Origin: Spirochaetia bacterium
Lineage (GTDB): Bacteria; Spirochaetota; Spirochaetia; CADAEX01
Direction of reading: 5' to 3'
Length of the DNA stretch: 64,000 bases
NCBI GenBank assembly: GCA_963662265.2
Contig: CAXXHA010000030.1
Coordinates: 1-64,000, forward strand
In this document: one piece after another, positions 9,108-20,450 of the stretch
How positions within the stretch are numbered: the stretch's first letter is position 1
Layout of the letters: each line of letters starts with the position of its first letter
Translations under genes and position numbers: made by a program
The notes under the pieces: model-generated
Database searches by the model: none
Told to the model about the DNA's origin: nothing
Seen by the model: the letters and a program-made list of their open reading frames with translations, nothing else

Positions 9108-11138
9108 ATGTCGCTCAGGAATATGCGGAATATCGGAATTATGGCACATATTGATGCCGGTAAGACTACTACAACAGAAAGAATTCTCTATTATACAGGA
9201 AAAAGCCACAGGATTGGCGAGGTAGATAACGGAAATGCAACCATGGACTGGATGGAGCAGGAACAGGACAGGGGAATTACAATAACCTCTGCAGCAACAA
9301 CATGTTTCTGGCATGATTTTAAGATAAATATTATAGATACTCCCGGCCATGTGGACTTCACAGCAGAAGTTGAAAGAGCTCTCCGTGTACTTGATGGCGG
9401 TGTTGCTATTTTCTGTGCAGTGGGCGGTGTTGAACCCCAGTCTGAAACAGTCTGGCACCAGGCTGACAAGTACCATGTACCGAGAATTGCTCTAATCAAC
9501 AAGATGGACAGAATCGGAGCTGACTTCTTTTCAGTTGTCGATGAAATCAGGGAAAAACTCGGGGGTAATCCCCTTCCATTAAATCTTCCGATAGGAAGCG
9601 AGAGCAATTTCGAAGGCGTTATTGATATAATGAAGATGAAGGAAATCAGATGGAATCAGGAGTCAAGCGGTACTGAAATGGTTGAATCTGATATCCATGA
9701 AGAGAGACAGGGTCTTGCAGACTACTGGAGGGAAAACCTCCTGGACCAGGTTTCAGCCTTTTCCGATGAAATAACAGAACTCTACCTCAACGGTGATGAG
9801 GTACCAGAGGATCTTATTAAGGAAACAATAAGAAAAGCAACAATAAATAACGAACTTCTTCCTGTTTTCACAGGAGCATCGCTTAAAAACATCGGTGTAC
9901 AGCCGGTACTCAATGCTGTAGTTGACTATCTTCCGTCTCCTGAGGATCTTAAACCTGCTGTAGGTCATCATGTAAAGAAAGAGGACGAGGTTGAGGTTCC
10001 ATGTTCAAAATCAGGACAGCCTCTTGCCCTTGTATTCAAGATACAGAGTGACAAGGATGCCGGTGCATACAGCTTTATACGTGTGTATTCCGGAACTATC
10101 AAGAGCGGTACAGCTTTCCAGAACCTGAACAAGGGAAAGAAAGAGAGGGTAAACAGGCTCTTGAGAATGCATTCAAACAGATCAGAAGCTGTTGATTCAC
10201 TCTCTGCCGGCGATATAGGGGTTGCAATAGGACTTAAATTTTCACAGACAGGTGATACCCTGGGAACAGATAAATTCCCTATAATCCTTGAAAAAATGGA
10301 TTTCCCGGAACCTGTTATCTCAATAGCAATAGAACCCAAGTCTATTTCAGAGGGTGACAAGCTTAAAGATGTAATCGCTATTCTTTCAAAAGAGGACCCT
10401 ACTTTCAAGATGAAGGAAAACGAGGACACCGGGCAGCTTATTATCTCGGGAATGGGAGAGCTTCACCTCGAAGTTCTTGTAACAAGGATGCTTAAAGAGT
10501 TCAATGTTGATGCGAATGTCGGAAATCCCCAGGTTTCATACAGGGAATCTGTTACTTCTGAAAATACACATGTGGAAAAATTCAACAAGGTAATTGCAGG
10601 AAATGAAAATACTGCAGAGCTTACATTAAGCGTTAAACCAGCTCCCAGGGGAGAAGGAAACTCTGTCAGCCTTGATAAGATTATCAAGAAGCTTCCGAAG
10701 GAAATTACTGCTGCAATTGAACGGGGTATTTCAGGCAGTTTTTCTGCAGGCATCCAGATGGGATATCCTGTAGTTGACACGACTATCACTGTTGAAGATG
10801 CTGTATATTCAGAAATGAACTCGACTGAATTTGCTTTCGAAGCTGCAGCTTCCATGGGATTTGACTCTGTATGCAGAAACGCATCCCCAATTCTTCTTGA
10901 GCCTGTTATGACAGTAGATATTATGTGTCCGAAGGAATATGTCGGAGATGTAATCAGCCAGCTTACAATGAGGGGCGGTCTTGTTGAAAGCCTTGAATCA
11001 AGGCCCGGCTCTGAACATGTAAGGGCACATGCGCCTCTTGCAAAAATGTTCGGGTTTACAACTCCATTGAGAAGTTCAACACAGGGAAGAGGTACATTTT
11101 CCATGGAATTTTCACACTTTTCAAAGAAAGAGGATTAA
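9108..11138 (+). CDS. fusA: Elongation factor G paralogue (probably spdEFG2/recycling type)
   Basis: [23 protein letters not shown]; domain IV lacks KQSGG. Confidence 0.9.
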   Translation: MSLRNMRNIGIMAHIDAGKTTTTERILYYTGKSHRIGEVDNGNATMDWMEQEQDRGITITSAATTCFWHDFKINIIDTPGHVDFTAEVERALRVLDGGVAIFCAVGGVEPQSETVWHQADKYHVPRIALINKMDRIGADFFSVVDEIREKLGGNPLPLNLPIGSESNFEGVIDIMKMKEIRWNQESSGTEMVESDIHEERQGLADYWRENLLDQVSAFSDEITELYLNGDEVPEDLIKETIRKATINNELLPVFTGASLKNIGVQPVLNAVVDYLPSPEDLKPAVGHHVKKEDEVEVPCSKSGQPLALVFKIQSDKDAGAYSFIRVYSGTIKSGTAFQNLNKGKKERVNRLLRMHSNRSEAVDSLSAGDIGVAIGLKFSQTGDTLGTDKFPIILEKMDFPEPVISIAIEPKSISEGDKLKDVIAILSKEDPTFKMKENEDTGQLIISGMGELHLEVLVTRMLKEFNVDANVGNPQVSYRESVTSENTHVEKFNKVIAGNENTAELTLSVKPAPRGEGNSVSLDKIIKKLPKEITAAIERGISGSFSAGIQMGYPVVDTTITVEDAVYSEMNSTEFAFEAAASMGFDSVCRNASPILLEPVMTVDIMCPKEYVGDVISQLTMRGGLVESLESRPGSEHVRAHAPLAKMFGFTTPLRSSTQGRGTFSMEFSHFSKKED

Positions 11139-11224
11139 TAAAACGGCTTAGCCTGGTATAAAAATAATTTAGTTATTTACTATTATATTTTCAGGGGCTT
11201 AACAGTTAATATCAATACTTGAAT

Positions 11225-11272
11225 AAAAGCATTCTTTGCCATGAATAAAAATCAGCAAAGGGTGCTTTTTTT
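11225..11272 (+). terminator. Intrinsic terminator after first EF-G
   Basis: AAAAGCATTCTTTGC...GCAAAGGGTGCTTTT followed by a T-run. Confidence 0.6.
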
Positions 11273-11490
11273 TATTATTTTTTTCTCAACACATACTTAA
11301 CAGGTACGCTTATTATTAACATTATATCGTCTGATTACTGTCTTAAGCTGACGGAGCTGATATAAAATTTTTGTATTTGCCCCTGATTTGTTAAAAATAA
11401 GCGTTTTATTAAAAATATATAAAAAAACAATATTTTTTCCAAAAAGATCTTGTATAAAACCAATAAAATACGCTATTGTTGAGATTTTTT

Positions 11491-11519
11491 TTGACAACTG
11501 CTTAACTCAGTGCTATCAT
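11491..11519 (+). promoter_or_regulatory. Sigma70 promoter for second EF-G
   Basis: TTGACA-N17-TATCAT with extended TG. Confidence 0.7.
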
Positions 11520-11551
11520 TGTGAAACAAGTTAATGATACAGGAGTCTTGT

Positions 11552-13630
11552 ATGAGTTTTACAACTGATGCTATTAAAAACACAGCCATTGCAGGGCATG
11601 TTGGAACCGGTAAAACATCACTTATCGAAAACATCCTTCTTGCGGGCGGAAAAATTTCCAAAGCTGAGCCGGTTGAAAGCGGAAAAACAGTCAGCGACTT
11701 TTCAGAAGAGGAAATTGAAAGAAATATCTCAATCCATTCAACATTGTCATTCATTGAATGGAATAACAAAAAACTTAATTTTATAGACACTCCGGGATCA
11801 TCTGACTTTATTGGTGAAGTTGTAACAGGATTCAGAGCCTGTGAAAACGCACTACTAACAGTTAGTTCTGATACAGGAGTCCAGATTGAAACAATCAAAA
11901 TCTGGAGAAGGCTTGATAAGAGGAACATGCCGAGAATGGTTTTCCTTACAAAAGCTGAAAAAGACAGAGCTAACTTCGAAAATGCATTCAACGATGTAAA
12001 GGAAAAGTTTGAAAAAACCCTCGTTCCCATATCAATTCCAATAGGAAACGGAGCAGATTTCAAAGGTATTATAAACCTAATAGAAAACAAGGCTTACATG
12101 GTACCTGAGACTCCGGGCAAGGAAACAGCTGTAGATATTCCTGCAGATTTGAACGACTATGTGGAAGAATACAGAACAATCATGATCGAAGCTGCGGCTG
12201 AAGGTGATGATGAAATTCTTGAAAAATATTTTGAAGAGGGAACTCTTACTCCGGATGAAATCAGAAAGGGGCTTGAAGAAGGTATAAAAGCAAATAAGAT
12301 TGTACCTGTTTTTTCAGGATCAGCGCTTCTCGGATCAGGTATTGCAAGTTTGTTAAACTTCCTTGTAAATGTTGCTCCATCTCCAAACGGTATTCAGGAA
12401 ATAATTCTTGATGAAAACGGAGAAGAAAAGCTTATCGATATTTCCTCAGATAAGCCAGTTTCAACATTTGTATTCAAGACAAGTATTGACCAGTTCTCAG
12501 GAAAACTTTCATACATCAAGGTTGTTGACGGTATACTTAAACCGGATACAGAACTTATCAATGTGAAAGACAGTAAAAAGGAAAAAATATCAAAAATCTA
12601 TTCTGCAGAAGGCAAGAAACTTGAAGAAGTCAAGGAACTTTATGCAGGTGACCTCGGAATTATAACAAAAGTTAATTCTGCGGAAACAAATGATTCACTC
12701 TGTTCTGCAGACAACAAGATGGAATTCGCACATCTTAAAGTACCGCATCCTGTTTACTCTCTCACAGTATCTGCAGCCAGCAAGAAAGAAGAAGATAAGT
12801 TAAATCAGTTCCTTCACAAGGCAGCTGAAGAAGATCTAACATTCCAGCTCAACTATAATACTGAAACAAAGGAAACAATTATTTCAGGTATGGGTGAGCT
12901 TCATATAAACATGATTCTTGACAAGATCAAGGATAAGCAGAAAATCTCTATCGAAACAAAGACACCTCAGGTTGCCTACAGAGAAACTATCACAAAGAAA
13001 GCATCCGGATCCTACAGACACAAGAAACAGTCAGGTGGACACGGACAGTTCGGTGAAGTACACTTTGAACTTCAGCCTATTCCAAGAGGCGAACACCTCA
13101 AATTCATCAATACAATCAAGGGCGGCGCAGTATCGAAAGGGTATGTTCCGGGAATTGAAAAAGGTATTGCTGAAGGAATGGAAGCAGGTGTTCTTGCAGG
13201 GTTCCCGGTAGTTGATATTGAAGTAAACCTTTTCGACGGTAAGGAGCATCCTGTAGATTCATCAGAAATGTCATTCAAGCTTGCTGCAAAGGGATGTATG
13301 AAGGCTGTTCTTGAAATGGCTTCACCTACCCTTCTTGAGCCTGTTATGAAGCTTACAGTATTTGTAGATGACCAGTATCTCGGAGATGTACTTTCAGACC
13401 TCAGCTCCAGAAGAGGCCGGGTACTTGGACAGGATTCAATCGGAGGCGGAATACAGCAGATCAATGCTGAAGTTCCACAGGCTGAACTGCTTAAGTATGC
13501 GATCGACTTAAGATCAATAACAGCAGGTACAGCTTCTTTCGAAGTTGAGTTTGACCACTACAACCCTATTTCAGGAAAGATTTCAGATACAGTTATTGCT
13601 GAAGCAAAAGCAAGAAGCGAAGCTGAATAA
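11552..13630 (+). CDS. fusA: Elongation factor G-like protein (EF-G II type)
   Basis: GHVGTGKT, DTPG, RHKKQSGGHGQFG, HPVDSSEMSF; AGGAG RBS before ATG 11552. Confidence 0.9.
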   Translation: MSFTTDAIKNTAIAGHVGTGKTSLIENILLAGGKISKAEPVESGKTVSDFSEEEIERNISIHSTLSFIEWNNKKLNFIDTPGSSDFIGEVVTGFRACENALLTVSSDTGVQIETIKIWRRLDKRNMPRMVFLTKAEKDRANFENAFNDVKEKFEKTLVPISIPIGNGADFKGIINLIENKAYMVPETPGKETAVDIPADLNDYVEEYRTIMIEAAAEGDDEILEKYFEEGTLTPDEIRKGLEEGIKANKIVPVFSGSALLGSGIASLLNFLVNVAPSPNGIQEIILDENGEEKLIDISSDKPVSTFVFKTSIDQFSGKLSYIKVVDGILKPDTELINVKDSKKEKISKIYSAEGKKLEEVKELYAGDLGIITKVNSAETNDSLCSADNKMEFAHLKVPHPVYSLTVSAASKKEEDKLNQFLHKAAEEDLTFQLNYNTETKETIISGMGELHINMILDKIKDKQKISIETKTPQVAYRETITKKASGSYRHKKQSGGHGQFGEVHFELQPIPRGEHLKFINTIKGGAVSKGYVPGIEKGIAEGMEAGVLAGFPVVDIEVNLFDGKEHPVDSSEMSFKLAAKGCMKAVLEMASPTLLEPVMKLTVFVDDQYLGDVLSDLSSRRGRVLGQDSIGGGIQQINAEVPQAELLKYAIDLRSITAGTASFEVEFDHYNPISGKISDTVIAEAKARSEAE

Positions 13631-13659
13631 TATAATTTCATAATTTAACCTCAAATGTC

Positions 13660-13692
13660 AGAGCCATCCTGTATTAACCGGATGGCTCTTTT
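13660..13692 (+). terminator. Intrinsic terminator
   Basis: AGAGCCATCC-loop-GGATGGCTCT-TTT. Confidence 0.8.
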
Positions 13693-13698
13693 AATTAC

Positions 13699-13833
13699 AG
13701 GATGTAATTCACCTGTACCTGCGGTCCAGTCGCAGGTGATTCCGATCCAGCCATGGATGAAACTATGCCGGCTTGCCAGGGACAACTGTCCCGCGATAGG
13801 CGGGGTGGCAGTAAAGCCGGCGAGGATGTAATT
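13699..13833. repeat. GC-rich structured element flanked by 11-bp direct repeats (MITE/REP-like or ncRNA)
   Basis: AGGATGTAATT at 13699-13709 and 13823-13833; internal hairpins ACCTGCG/CGCAGGT, ATCCA/TGGAT, GCCGGCTT/AAGCCGGC. Confidence 0.55.
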
Positions 13834-13836
13834 ATT

Positions 13837-14541
13837 TTATTTCTTTATGAAGTAGGATTCATAAATACCATGGTTCTTTTTAAGCCCCTTTTCCTCAAAA
13901 CGGGTTTCAGGCCTCCATGGAACTTCAACTTTTTTTAAAGCCTTTTCCTCTTCTGTTGCATATCCGGGAAAAGGAGATTCAAGTCTGCTGCATCCGCGGA
14001 GAACTTCCTGCATCTGTATTCCGTAATTCTCCCAGTCAGTAACTGCGTAGATATACCCCCCTTTTTTGAGGCGGGAGGAGAGTTTATCTGTAAATTCGGG
14101 ATTTATGAGCCGTCTTTTATTGTGTTTTTTCTTATGCCAGGGATCGGGGAAAAATATATGAAACCCGTCAAGAGAGTTTTCTGCTATCATATCATCGATA
14201 ATTTCAACCGCATCATGGTTGAATATCCTCACATTCTCAAGAGACCTGCTGCCGATATACCTGAGAAGATTGCCGACACCCGGCTTGTAGACTTCAATTC
14301 CAATATAGTTTGTTTCTTTGTTTTTCTCTGCAATTTCAGCAGTTGCAAAACCGTTGCCGAAACCTATTTCCATTACAACAGGATTATCATTATTAAATAT
14401 AGCTTGATAATCTGTTTTTTCTTTTCTGTATTCAAGGAGAAAGCGGGGGCCGAGAGTCTCAAAAGCCTCTTGCTGCCCTTTTGAAAATCTGCCCTGCCTT
14501 AAAACAAAGCTTTTTATCCGCCGTTGTGATTTTTCTGCCAT
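13837..14541 (-). CDS. trmB: tRNA (guanine-N7)-methyltransferase
   Basis: IKSFVLRQGR, MEIGFGNG, FFPDPWHKKKHNKRRL, TDWENY. Confidence 0.96.
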   Translation of the reverse strand: MAEKSQRRIKSFVLRQGRFSKGQQEAFETLGPRFLLEYRKEKTDYQAIFNNDNPVVMEIGFGNGFATAEIAEKNKETNYIGIEVYKPGVGNLLRYIGSRSLENVRIFNHDAVEIIDDMIAENSLDGFHIFFPDPWHKKKHNKRRLINPEFTDKLSSRLKKGGYIYAVTDWENYGIQMQEVLRGCSRLESPFPGYATEEEKALKKVEVPWRPETRFEEKGLKKNHGIYESYFIKK

Positions 14542-14620
14542 GAAAAGACTATAAAGAAATATTTGATCTGTTTCAATAATTCTTCAGCCCTAATTTGTCT
14601 GCTGCCTGCAGCAAATACAG

Positions 14621-16015
14621 TTAAACAGCTGTAACTCTGTTTTTCCCTTCAGATTTTGACATATACAGCGCCTTATCCGCGCGTCTGAAAATATCATGGT
14701 CTGTATCTGTTGGAAAGGATTCTGTTACACCGAAACTTGCTGTACATTTATATACTGTATTAAAATCATGATTATCTATAATGCTGCAGAGTTTCTCAGC
14801 AAGAAACACAGCCTTGTCTTTTTTTGTATCCGGGCAGACTATCAGAAATTCCTCGCCTCCCCAGCGGCCTATCGAATCAGATTCCCTGATATTATTTTTC
14901 AATACTTCGGTAAATTTTATCAGAACAAGATCTCCTGCAGCATGACCTTCCATATCATTTATCCTCTTGAAATTGTCAATATCTATGAGAATAACAGATA
15001 GCGGAGTATTGTAACGTTTAAGCCTGTAAAGCTCTTTTTTCAGCACTGATTCAATTTTCATCCGGTTATACAGCTTTGTCAGAAAATCAATCTGGGAAAG
15101 CTCTTCTAGTTCCTTCGTCCTCTGATTAACCTGCCGTTTCAATGCAAATATATATAAAAGTATAAAGATTGCAGCGAGAAATGCAACAAGAAAAACAACA
15201 CCGGGAATTACCCATCCAGGAATTACAGACTCAGGCTGTATCCATTTCTGTATAATCATTTCCCTGCTGTCTTTATCGAAACTGGTTATTGCATAATTAA
15301 GATATGCAAGAAGATCTGTATTCCCCTCTTTTACAGCAGCGTGAAGCTCCTCTGTATACAGTGTTTCTATAGCATGGAAATTTTCATGTTTCCCTGTTTT
15401 ATGAAGATAGTACATTGCTGTAGGGTAATCAGATACAAAAGCTGATATTTTTCCGGAAACCGCAGCTTTCAGCATATCCCAGGAATCTTTGAAACCTGTC
15501 AGTTTTACAGCCGGAAAATTCTTTTTTACAAAGTTTTCAGCATATCCTCTTTCAATAACACCGACATTTATATCACCTATATTGAAAAGGGAACTCACAG
15601 AAATTTCATTGGATGTAAACAGGCTGGTTGGCAGTGTAATTCCAAGCGGTACAGAAAAATCAAGATACTCATCCCTTTCTTCCGATTTAAACAGTCCTGC
15701 ATGAATATCAGCTTCATTATTTCTAACAAGATCAAGACTGCCTGCCCAGTCAGTCAGCTTAAACTCGATAGAAATGCCTGTTTGTTTTTCAAATTCTTTC
15801 CAGTAATCAATCAGCATTCCCTGGGGTTTTCCCTCATCATCAATATACGAATAAGGGCGGAAGGTTTCAGAATTGGTGATAATATATTCATTGACCAGCG
15901 GGTCAGTATAGAGAAATGAAGTGTGAAAAAATAATAAGAATATTAAGATCCGTTTAACAACAATAATTACAGCTCCTGATATAAAAATTATAAGCAACAG
16001 CAGAGCTGAATTCAA
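14621..16015 (-). CDS. Diguanylate cyclase with periplasmic substrate-binding (family 3) domain
   Basis: SBP domain, TM, DIDNFKRIND..GH..GD, RWGGEEF. Confidence 0.9.
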   Translation of the reverse strand: MNSALLLLIIFISGAVIIVVKRILIFLLFFHTSFLYTDPLVNEYIITNSETFRPYSYIDDEGKPQGMLIDYWKEFEKQTGISIEFKLTDWAGSLDLVRNNEADIHAGLFKSEERDEYLDFSVPLGITLPTSLFTSNEISVSSLFNIGDINVGVIERGYAENFVKKNFPAVKLTGFKDSWDMLKAAVSGKISAFVSDYPTAMYYLHKTGKHENFHAIETLYTEELHAAVKEGNTDLLAYLNYAITSFDKDSREMIIQKWIQPESVIPGWVIPGVVFLVAFLAAIFILLYIFALKRQVNQRTKELEELSQIDFLTKLYNRMKIESVLKKELYRLKRYNTPLSVILIDIDNFKRINDMEGHAAGDLVLIKFTEVLKNNIRESDSIGRWGGEEFLIVCPDTKKDKAVFLAEKLCSIIDNHDFNTVYKCTASFGVTESFPTDTDHDIFRRADKALYMSKSEGKNRVTAV

Positions 16016-16070
16016 TGAAATTCTGATCTAAAAATATTTTACCAGGTGAGTGGAAATATAAGTACGCAGC

Positions 16071-17267
16071 CTATACAAGCATCATTATATTTTCTTCAAG
16101 ACAGTCTGCAAGCTCCAGGCAGGTTTCCCTTACAGACCTGTTTCTGGATATCCTGGTAATCCGTTCTGAAAGAGATCCGGTTTTAAGAATATTTTCCACC
16201 GGCGGTATTTTAAGACCGGCAAATTCTTTGACCTGTTTGGCAAGAAGCATCCAGATTCCCCATGCGCTCATTTTCTCCTGCCCCTCTATTCCCAGAAGCC
16301 GGAGATATTCCCCGTTGTAAGCTATCCCCTTAAGTCCTTCCATGGTAATACTGTCAAAGATTTCAGAGAGGTTTTCATTACTGATTGACGCCTGTTTTTC
16401 AGCCCCATTGGGAGAGTTAACAAGCATCTCAAGAACATAAGTTACAAATCGTACAACTGCAAAATTCACGTGGGGAGATTCCTGCATATCAAATATTCTT
16501 ACAGAAAGTGTACCTTCATCAAAATTCGCAGTAACTGCCCTGCATTCATCTATCCGGCTGTTTCCTTTATTATCTTTACAGCACTTAAGACATTCAGTGA
16601 CACTTCCCTCGTATTCCTTTCTGTTTTTAAGCGGTTCCGGGATTATTGATCTGCAAGCCCATTCTTTCCTGTCCAGTTTATGTTTAAGAATTTCAAGTCC
16701 TGAGTCCAGAATTAATTCACCTTTACTGTCAATTACAGGAGATGCTGATGTAAGAGCCGGAAGAATCGGGAGAATAAGCCTTACAGCAGTATGGAGCCTG
16801 AAAAACTGATCTTCATTTTTAAAAGGGAGGAAAAATTTCATATAATGATAATTCATGTCAATTTCAGCAGGCAAAACATTTTTGTTTTCAGAATCATTTG
16901 TGGAAAAATTATCTGAACAGGGAACAGGGTAAACAGCTGAAGAAAAAAGAACAGCATTATACTCTTCAAGAATCCTGTTGGCTTCAAGTATCTGGCTGTG
17001 CAGTAATTTTTCAGCTTCACTTATATTCACTCTGCATATATCTGCAGAAAACCTCACAATATAATTGTATTCAGTGAGTGCCCATGAGATTTTCCTGTCT
17101 TCGTCAGAGGGTTTGAATATTTTGCACTGTTTAACACCGGAAGCTCTTTCAAGAAGTTCAGCAGCAAGCGGAACTGCCTTCATAGTATCTTTTTCAGCAA
17201 TTATATAATCAAGTTCAATTTTTCTTTCAGATAATAAAGAATAATAATCTTTATCGGCATCTTTCAT
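16071..17267 (-). CDS. Divergent glutamate-cysteine ligase family 2 (GCS2)-like protein
   Basis: LPF...FFRLHTAVRLILPILPALTSASP, IIPEP, VRIFDMQES resemble GCS2 family motifs. Confidence 0.65.
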   Translation of the reverse strand: MKDADKDYYSLLSERKIELDYIIAEKDTMKAVPLAAELLERASGVKQCKIFKPSDEDRKISWALTEYNYIVRFSADICRVNISEAEKLLHSQILEANRILEEYNAVLFSSAVYPVPCSDNFSTNDSENKNVLPAEIDMNYHYMKFFLPFKNEDQFFRLHTAVRLILPILPALTSASPVIDSKGELILDSGLEILKHKLDRKEWACRSIIPEPLKNRKEYEGSVTECLKCCKDNKGNSRIDECRAVTANFDEGTLSVRIFDMQESPHVNFAVVRFVTYVLEMLVNSPNGAEKQASISNENLSEIFDSITMEGLKGIAYNGEYLRLLGIEGQEKMSAWGIWMLLAKQVKEFAGLKIPPVENILKTGSLSERITRISRNRSVRETCLELADCLEENIMMLV

Positions 17268-17544
17268 AGAATACCCCGCTTTATTAAGTTTCAAATCGCA
17301 GCTGCAACAGTATTTCTTTATATTTCATGTCTATTTATGAGTCAATAAATAAACAGGCATAATTCTTAAATTCCTTATTTTTTCTGTCCTTACTTATTTT
17401 ATTGGTTGTTATTTAAATTTTCTGAATATTTTTTAATATAACAGCACCAAATCCGGGTGCATTTATGCATACTTTTTATCAACAAAGTCCGGAAAAATGT
17501 ATTATAAATTAATTAAGTAATATTAAAAAAAGAGGTATTTTCCA

Positions 17545-18714
17545 TTGTCAAACAGTAATCAATCTTATTTCCTTCCAAAAACAAGATCTTCGAAAGAAGA
17601 ACTTGAATCACAGATCAGGATATTCAGGAAAAATTCGCTGTTGAATAATCTTTTTGATGCAGTTCCTGATTTAATTATGATTATCAACAATAACAGGGAA
17701 GCTGTTTTTGTTAACAGAAATTTTCTCACCTACCTCAATATTGAAAATAATTCAGCTTTTTTGGGAAAACGTCCCGGAGAATTGGTAAACTGTGTTCATG
17801 CGAAAGAATTTCACGGGTGCGGGACTACTGATTTCTGCAGGGTCTGCGGGGCAGCAACAGCAATTCACTATTCACTTCAGGGAAAAGAAAAGTGTGAAGA
17901 ATGCAGAATTATTACAGCAGAAACAGGGTGTCCTTTAGATCTGAGAGTATGGACAACACCTTTTGTTGCGGAAAATGGTAATTTCACTATTTTTTCAGCA
18001 ACAGATATAAGCTTTGAAAAAAAGAAAGCCTCACTCGAACGTATTTTTTTCCACGATATTTTAAACACAGCGGGAGCAATTCAGGGTTTTGCCGAAATGC
18101 TTGAAGATGCAACACCGTTTGAAATCATAGAGTACAAAGAAATTATTATGAAAGCTGTAGAAAAACTGATAGAGGAAATTCATTCCCAGAAAGATCTTGA
18201 TAAGGCGGAAAAAGGAGAACTATGTGTAAAACAGATAAAGCTTGATTCCCTTGATGTACTTAAAGATATCTCTATCATCTATAGAACACATTTTGAGGCA
18301 AAAGGGAAGTTTATTAAAATAGAAAATAACGCGATAAACACAGTTTTTTATACAGATAAAGTTTTGTTAAAAAGAATACTCGGAAACATAGTTAAAAATG
18401 CGCTTGAAGCATCAGACAGGGGTGAAACAGTAACACTGAGCACAGATCATGATAAAAACAATGTATTTTTCTATATTCATAATAACTATTTCATACCTCA
18501 GGATATACAGCTTCAGCTTTTTCATAGATCCTTTTCAACAAAATGCAAAGGGAGAGGAATGGGAACATACAGCATGAAACTTCTCGGGGAGAAATATCTC
18601 AACGGGAAAATCAGTTTTAATTCAACACTTGACCGGGGAACTGTTTTTACAGCAGCCTTTCCCATAAAACCAGAAGAAAATATAATTACTGAAAATATTA
18701 AACTACCCTGCTGA
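17545..18714 (+). CDS. PAS-domain sensor histidine kinase
   Basis: RPGELVNC..GCG..C..CG PAS variant, FFHDILN H-box, NIVKNALEA, FSTK..GRGMGTY. Confidence 0.9.
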   Translation: MSNSNQSYFLPKTRSSKEELESQIRIFRKNSLLNNLFDAVPDLIMIINNNREAVFVNRNFLTYLNIENNSAFLGKRPGELVNCVHAKEFHGCGTTDFCRVCGAATAIHYSLQGKEKCEECRIITAETGCPLDLRVWTTPFVAENGNFTIFSATDISFEKKKASLERIFFHDILNTAGAIQGFAEMLEDATPFEIIEYKEIIMKAVEKLIEEIHSQKDLDKAEKGELCVKQIKLDSLDVLKDISIIYRTHFEAKGKFIKIENNAINTVFYTDKVLLKRILGNIVKNALEASDRGETVTLSTDHDKNNVFFYIHNNYFIPQDIQLQLFHRSFSTKCKGRGMGTYSMKLLGEKYLNGKISFNSTLDRGTVFTAAFPIKPEENIITENIKLPC

Positions 18715-18905
18715 AATAAATATTAGCAAGCTGTTTTATACTGCATAGCTTCATCATGGGCTAAAAAGCGAAAAAAAGGTTTAATGCTTCAATAATCAGA
18801 AACAGTAAACCTTTTTATTCCTTGAATAATTATTTTATTTAAGCCACCTGAAATCCAATAAGTGAAAATGTCATATCTTTTTTCAGTTAATTATATTCCG
18901 AAAAA

Positions 18906-20450
18906 TCAGACCCTGAAAAAACTCACTGCCCTGTTAAGCCCTTCTGATAAATTCCTCAGCTCTGCAGCCATTGCAGCTATTTCTTCGCTTGCAGAAGCAT
19001 TACTCTGAATAACCTGATCCATCTGCATAAGGGCGGCATTTACCTGATCAGCACCCTTGGACTGTTCATTGCTGGCAACCATTATTTCCTTTGATATTTC
19101 AGCCGAGTTTTGAATATTGGGTACCATATTTCTCATAAGCTCCCTTGTACTCTCTGCTGTTTTAACAGTTTCAAGTGCTGTTTCAATAATCTCATTGGCA
19201 GCAGCCTGGCTGTTTTCTGCCAGTTTCCTTACTTCGGCTGCTACAACAGAAAACCCTTTTCCAGCTTCTCCTGCCCTTGCAGCTTCTATTGCCGCATTGA
19301 GAGCAAGCATATTTGTGTTTCTGGCTATATCTTCAATAATTTTTATTTTATCAGAAATGAATTCAACAGAAGTGGCGGTATTTTCAACAGCTTTACCCCC
19401 TTCTTCAGCATTATCTGCAGCCTGGCTGATAATTTTTTCTGAATTGCTGGAGTTTTCAGAATTATGCTGTATGTTTGCCGCAAGCTCTTCCATGGATGCA
19501 GAGATCTCCTCGGTACTTGATGCCTGTTCGCTTGCCCCTGTAGCTACCTGCTGTGAAGATGATGATATTTCCTTAGAATTGTTATTAATATTTTCCGCCG
19601 AATCAATGATTTTCAGGATAGTACTGCGGAGCTTCAAAGCCATTTCATTAAATGATTCAGCAAGCTTTGCAGTTTCATCTTTTCCCTTTACCACGATTTT
19701 CACAGATAGATCACCGCCTGCAATTTTGGCTGCCTCTCCTGCTATATACTCTATCGGATTTGATATCTTTCTTCCAACAAACCAGGCAAGAGCTGAAGCG
19801 ATAAATATGAGTGTAAAATCCACGACTAATAATATTACAAGAACACTTAATACTTCTTTTTTCAAACGCACAATCTCTTCATTGATAATTGCGTCAATAT
19901 CATCAATATAATTACCGGTACCGACTACCCAGTCAAGCGGTTCAAAATACTGGCTGTAGGACCTCTTGGGAGATGCTTCTGTTTCACCCGGTTTGGGATA
20001 CCAGTATGTAGTAAACCCTGTTCCGTCCTTTGCAGCTTTTATGAGATCCCGGATCATATATGTTCCGTTTGCATCCTGAAGGTCCCATCTGTTTGTTCCT
20101 GCAAGAGACATATCAGGCATGACTTTTGTGATACCTTTTGAATCATATACAAAAATATAACCACTTTCCCCGTATTCGATACTGTTTACATAAGCTACGG
20201 CTTCATCGACAGCCGCTTTCATTCCTGTTTCATCTTTCTTGTTATATGCTTTCTCAACTATCTTCAAAGCACTTTCAACCTGGCTTTTTGCAAGCCTGTC
20301 AAAATCCTCCCTGAGTTTTCTGTCGAGAGTTTCAAGGTTTGTTTTCCCGATATAATTAATATACAGAACTGAGACTGTTCCAAGGACAGTTCCCAGAAGG
20401 AGCAAAGCAGTTATAACAAGAAGCATAATTTTCAGATGAATTTTTCTCAT
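18906..20450 (-). CDS. Methyl-accepting chemotaxis protein (Cache sensor, HAMP)
   Basis: Two TMs, YWYPKPG..PKRSY Cache motif, [21 protein letters not shown]. Confidence 0.95.
   Translation of the reverse strand: MRKIHLKIMLLVITALLLLGTVLGTVSVLYINYIGKTNLETLDRKLREDFDRLAKSQVESALKIVEKAYNKKDETGMKAAVDEAVAYVNSIEYGESGYIFVYDSKGITKVMPDMSLAGTNRWDLQDANGTYMIRDLIKAAKDGTGFTTYWYPKPGETEASPKRSYSQYFEPLDWVVGTGNYIDDIDAIINEEIVRLKKEVLSVLVILLVVDFTLIFIASALAWFVGRKISNPIEYIAGEAAKIAGGDLSVKIVVKGKDETAKLAESFNEMALKLRSTILKIIDSAENINNNSKEISSSSQQVATGASEQASSTEEISASMEELAANIQHNSENSSNSEKIISQAADNAEEGGKAVENTATSVEFISDKIKIIEDIARNTNMLALNAAIEAARAGEAGKGFSVVAAEVRKLAENSQAAANEIIETALETVKTAESTRELMRNMVPNIQNSAEISKEIMVASNEQSKGADQVNAALMQMDQVIQSNASASEEIAAMAAELRNLSEGLNRAVSFFRV

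Noticed and set aside
9039-13464. Long antisense ORFs over the EF-G genes (likewise over MCP, mfd, flgF, TRAP)
   Set aside because: Shadow ORFs of strongly conserved sense-strand genes.
13753-13938. 61-aa ORF; also hammerhead/SRP/6S assignment of the adjacent structured element
   Set aside because: The ORF overlaps trmB antisense with no RBS; the CUGANGA core and the SRP GGAA-loop motif were not found by eye.
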